Shown here one piece after another: positions 46,290 through 48,961 of a DNA stretch of 48,961 bases. This DNA comes from Candidatus Staskawiczbacteria bacterium RIFOXYC1_FULL_38_18. Lineage in GTDB: Bacteria; Patescibacteriota; Minisyncoccia; Minisyncoccales; Staskawiczbacteraceae. Within the stretch, counting starts at the first letter, position 1. Each line of letters opens with the position of its first letter. The stretch covers positions 1 to 48,961 of the forward strand of contig MHPP01000024.1 in NCBI GenBank assembly GCA_001822095.1, read 5' to 3'. Under the pieces are notes generated by a model. The model did no database searches. It had not been told where the DNA came from and saw only the letters and a program-made list of their open reading frames with translations. Position numbers and translations under genes: made by a program.

Positions 46290-48251
46290 ATGGATAGTTT
46301 GAATCAACTTTTAATAGTTGGAATACACCCCTACTTTTTGGAAAAGGAGGGGTCTTGGTATGCAGAAAATTTGGAAAAATTGCTTGATTCTCGCAATACT
46401 CAAACTTTTTTTGAGGATAACATAATTTTTTTGGAAAAAGACCATAGTTTTAATTTTTCGAGCTTCTTAAGAAAACTGGACGAAATGGGCTATGAAAAAG
46501 TTTTTAAGGTTACAGATCCCGGCGAATTTTCTCAGAAAGGCGGAATAATTGACGTATTCCCCATTAACACAAAAAATGCCGTGAGGCTGGATTTTTTAGG
46601 AAACGAGATTGATGAAATAAAAGTTTTAGATATTTTTGTTGCTGATGAGCAAAAATATAAAAATATTCTATTAAAAAAATTAAAGTCTCAAAAAATATTT
46701 TCTGAATTAAAAGGTCTAAAATCCGGAGACTATCTTGTTCATTTAGACCACGGCATAGGACGATTCTGCGGAATCGAGAAATTCGAAATCCATAATTCAA
46801 AATCAAAAACCGAATATTATGTGCTTGAATACGACAAAGAAGACAAGCTTTATGTCCCTTTGGGTTTGGAAAAAAAATTGTCGCGATACGTTGGTTTTAC
46901 CGATCCAAAAATTTCACGGCTTGGTTCGTCACTTTGGCAAAAAACAAAATATAAAATAAAAGAAGGGGTTGAAAAACTGGCAAAAGATCTTTTAGATCTT
47001 TACGCAAAAAAAGAAATTGTAAAACGCCCCATATATACAGAAGACAAAGAAATTGAGAGCCAATTGAGGGCGGGTTTTATATACGAGGAAACCCCCGACC
47101 AAATGCAGGCGATTGAGGATATTAAAAATGATTTGAGCAAAGAAACTCCAATGGACCGCATTGTTTGCGGAGACGTGGGCTTTGGAAAAACAGAGGTTGC
47201 CCTTCGCGCCGCCCTATTGGTAGCCGTCAATAGCAAACAAACAGCTTTAATTTGCCCAACAACAATTTTGGCAAACCAACATTTTAATAATTTTAAAAAA
47301 AGGTTTGAGAAGCTTCCCGTAAAAATTGCGATGATAACAAGGTTGCAAAACAAAAAAGAGCAGGAAAAAATAGCCGAAGAATTAAAGCAAGGGAAAATAG
47401 ACATTATCATTGGCACGCACAGGCTTTTGTCTCGAGATATAGAATTCAATAATTTACAGCTCTTAATAATTGATGATGAACAAAGATTTGGCGTGAAACA
47501 AAAAGAAAAATTAAGACAGATGAAGGTCAGTCTAGATGTTTTAAGCTTGTCGGCAACCCCTATTCCCCGCACAATTTATTTGGCGATGTCATCTTTCAAA
47601 TCCATCAGTTTGATGCAAACTCCCCCAAAAGGCAGGCTGGCTGTTAAAACAAAAGTTTTAGCATATGACAAAAAAGCAATTAAAAAAGCAATAAATTTAG
47701 AGCTTAAAAGAAAAGGGCAAATCTATTATTTGCACAACAGAATACAAACTATAGAAAAAACTGGGCACGAAATAAAAAAACTTTGCCGTAAAGCAAAAAT
47801 TAGCTTAATCCACGGCAGGATGCCAGAAATCAAATTGATAAAAATAATGGACGACTTCCAAAAAGGAAAAACAAATGTTTTACTGGCAACCACAATAATT
47901 GAAAACGGATTGGATATGCCAAACGTAAATACGATTATTATAGAAGACTCCACACGGCTTGGGCTTTCACAGGCGCATCAGATAAGGGGAAGAGTTGGCA
48001 GAAGCGACAGAGAAAGCTTTGCATATTTTTTCTATGATAAAAAATCCTTAACGCCCATGGCAAACGAAAGATTAAAAGCTCTCCAAGACAGCCAAGAATT
48101 GGGAGCCGGCTACAGAATTGCAATCCGCGACTTGGAGCTCCGTGGAGCAGGAAATATTTTGGGCAGAGAGCAATCTGGCGCCATAAACAAAATCGGGCTT
48201 AATTTATATTCTCAAATTTTAAGCGAGGCAGTTGAGAAGATGCGAGCATAA
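46290..48251 (+). CDS. mfd: Compact transcription-repair coupling factor Mfd
   Basis: PGEFSQKGGIIDVFP, CarD-like VHLDHGIG, GDVGFGKT, DDEQRFG, SATPIPRT, DLELRGAGNILG; likely ATG 46290. Confidence 0.88.
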   Translation: MDSLNQLLIVGIHPYFLEKEGSWYAENLEKLLDSRNTQTFFEDNIIFLEKDHSFNFSSFLRKLDEMGYEKVFKVTDPGEFSQKGGIIDVFPINTKNAVRLDFLGNEIDEIKVLDIFVADEQKYKNILLKKLKSQKIFSELKGLKSGDYLVHLDHGIGRFCGIEKFEIHNSKSKTEYYVLEYDKEDKLYVPLGLEKKLSRYVGFTDPKISRLGSSLWQKTKYKIKEGVEKLAKDLLDLYAKKEIVKRPIYTEDKEIESQLRAGFIYEETPDQMQAIEDIKNDLSKETPMDRIVCGDVGFGKTEVALRAALLVAVNSKQTALICPTTILANQHFNNFKKRFEKLPVKIAMITRLQNKKEQEKIAEELKQGKIDIIIGTHRLLSRDIEFNNLQLLIIDDEQRFGVKQKEKLRQMKVSLDVLSLSATPIPRTIYLAMSSFKSISLMQTPPKGRLAVKTKVLAYDKKAIKKAINLELKRKGQIYYLHNRIQTIEKTGHEIKKLCRKAKISLIHGRMPEIKLIKIMDDFQKGKTNVLLATTIIENGLDMPNVNTIIIEDSTRLGLSQAHQIRGRVGRSDRESFAYFFYDKKSLTPMANERLKALQDSQELGAGYRIAIRDLELRGAGNILGREQSGAINKIGLNLYSQILSEAVEKMRA

Positions 48252-48295
48252 AAAAAGCGAAGGTGTTTCCTTCGCGCTTTGCCGGATTTCTTCGG

Positions 48296-48709
48296 CTATC
48301 GTTGAGAGTCGCGCGCCCTCGCTTCGTCAAGCAATTTCCACCTTTGGCCCAAATTGCGATCTGGCACGCCAAATAGGATATTGACTTTGCGAACCAAATC
48401 TCGACCTTCTTTCTCGGCTCCTTCCACTGATGCGATTTGTTCAGCACACCACTGTCGCAACTTTCCAAATGTGTCGATGTTAATCGGCACTCGCTTTCCA
48501 ACGGCAACGCCAGACTTTATGGAAAGGACGTAGTGCGTCTTTGACACCATTGTTGCGTACACAAGTTGCAACGTCCCGTCTAAGTGACCTAAGTGCGCTT
48601 CGCAATCGGCACGAGGAAAATTAACCGGGATTTTGTCGCTGTCAGAAAAAGAATCCGCGACAACAAGCGTTTCACCATACATGCTCAGCCGGATCGATTC
48701 AACCGACAT
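48296..48709 (-). CDS. Orphan hypothetical protein
   Basis: AAGGAG SD before ATG 48709; terminator 48250-48275. Confidence 0.65.
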   Translation of the reverse strand: MSVESIRLSMYGETLVVADSFSDSDKIPVNFPRADCEAHLGHLDGTLQLVYATMVSKTHYVLSIKSGVAVGKRVPINIDTFGKLRQWCAEQIASVEGAEKEGRDLVRKVNILFGVPDRNLGQRWKLLDEARARDSQR

Positions 48710-48835
48710 GGCTTTTCTCCTTGACAATGACCTGTGGTTTAGACCGGTTTTTATATTACTCCAAAACCTAAAAATTGCAAACATACGTATATTTCTGTTA
48801 TAGTGAACAAAAATAATAGTAAAAAATAAAACGAG

Positions 48836-48961
48836 ATGAAAAGCTTGGTTATAGTTGAGTCACCCGTGAAGGCAAAAACAATCCAAAAGTTTTTGGGAAA
48901 AGATTTTGTAATAAAGTCGTCTTTTGGACATGTACGAGATTTGCCTAAAAGGGAATTGGGA
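48836..48961 (+). CDS. topA: DNA topoisomerase I, N-terminus (partial)
   Basis: Manual translation: [38 protein letters not shown]. Confidence 0.93.
   Translation, partial: MKSLVIVESPVKAKTIQKFLGKDFVIKSSFGHVRDLPKRELG

Overview
AT-rich chromosomal window. Gene content and style (PG-binding surface protein, DUF5667-type anti-sigmas, PaaX/Cas2-like protein, compact Mfd, SD-less housekeeping genes) suggest a Patescibacteria/CPR (Parcubacteria-like) bacterium; this is inference. Housekeeping backbone: rlmN, clpB, HtrA, a glycolipid/prenyl-phosphate operon (GTs, GH, PlsC-like, prs, EamA, PAP2, UbiA), comEC, nrdD/nrdG split by an MvaI/BcnI-type R-M pair, ybeY-ftsA-ftsZ, lepB-hisS-rpsU-yqeY, pth, mfd and the start of topA, plus two ECF sigma/anti-sigma pairs. 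No rRNA, tRNA, CRISPR array, integrase or transposase was seen. Top observations: (1) an apparent ribosome-mediated attenuator (28-aa leader with WFFFYF, 21-bp antiterminator, overlapping terminator) in front of a stand-alone DAHP-synthase-type regulatory domain with no catalytic barrel; (2) a PaaX/Cas2-like gene bracketed by two 43-bp, 41/43-identical, internally palindromic direct repeats; (3) about 13 dispersed GC-richer orphan single-gene cassettes, most showing their own promoter, BoxA-like motif, SD and terminator; (4) small palindromic and heptamer repeats inside conserved proteins; (5) a structured nrdD leader.
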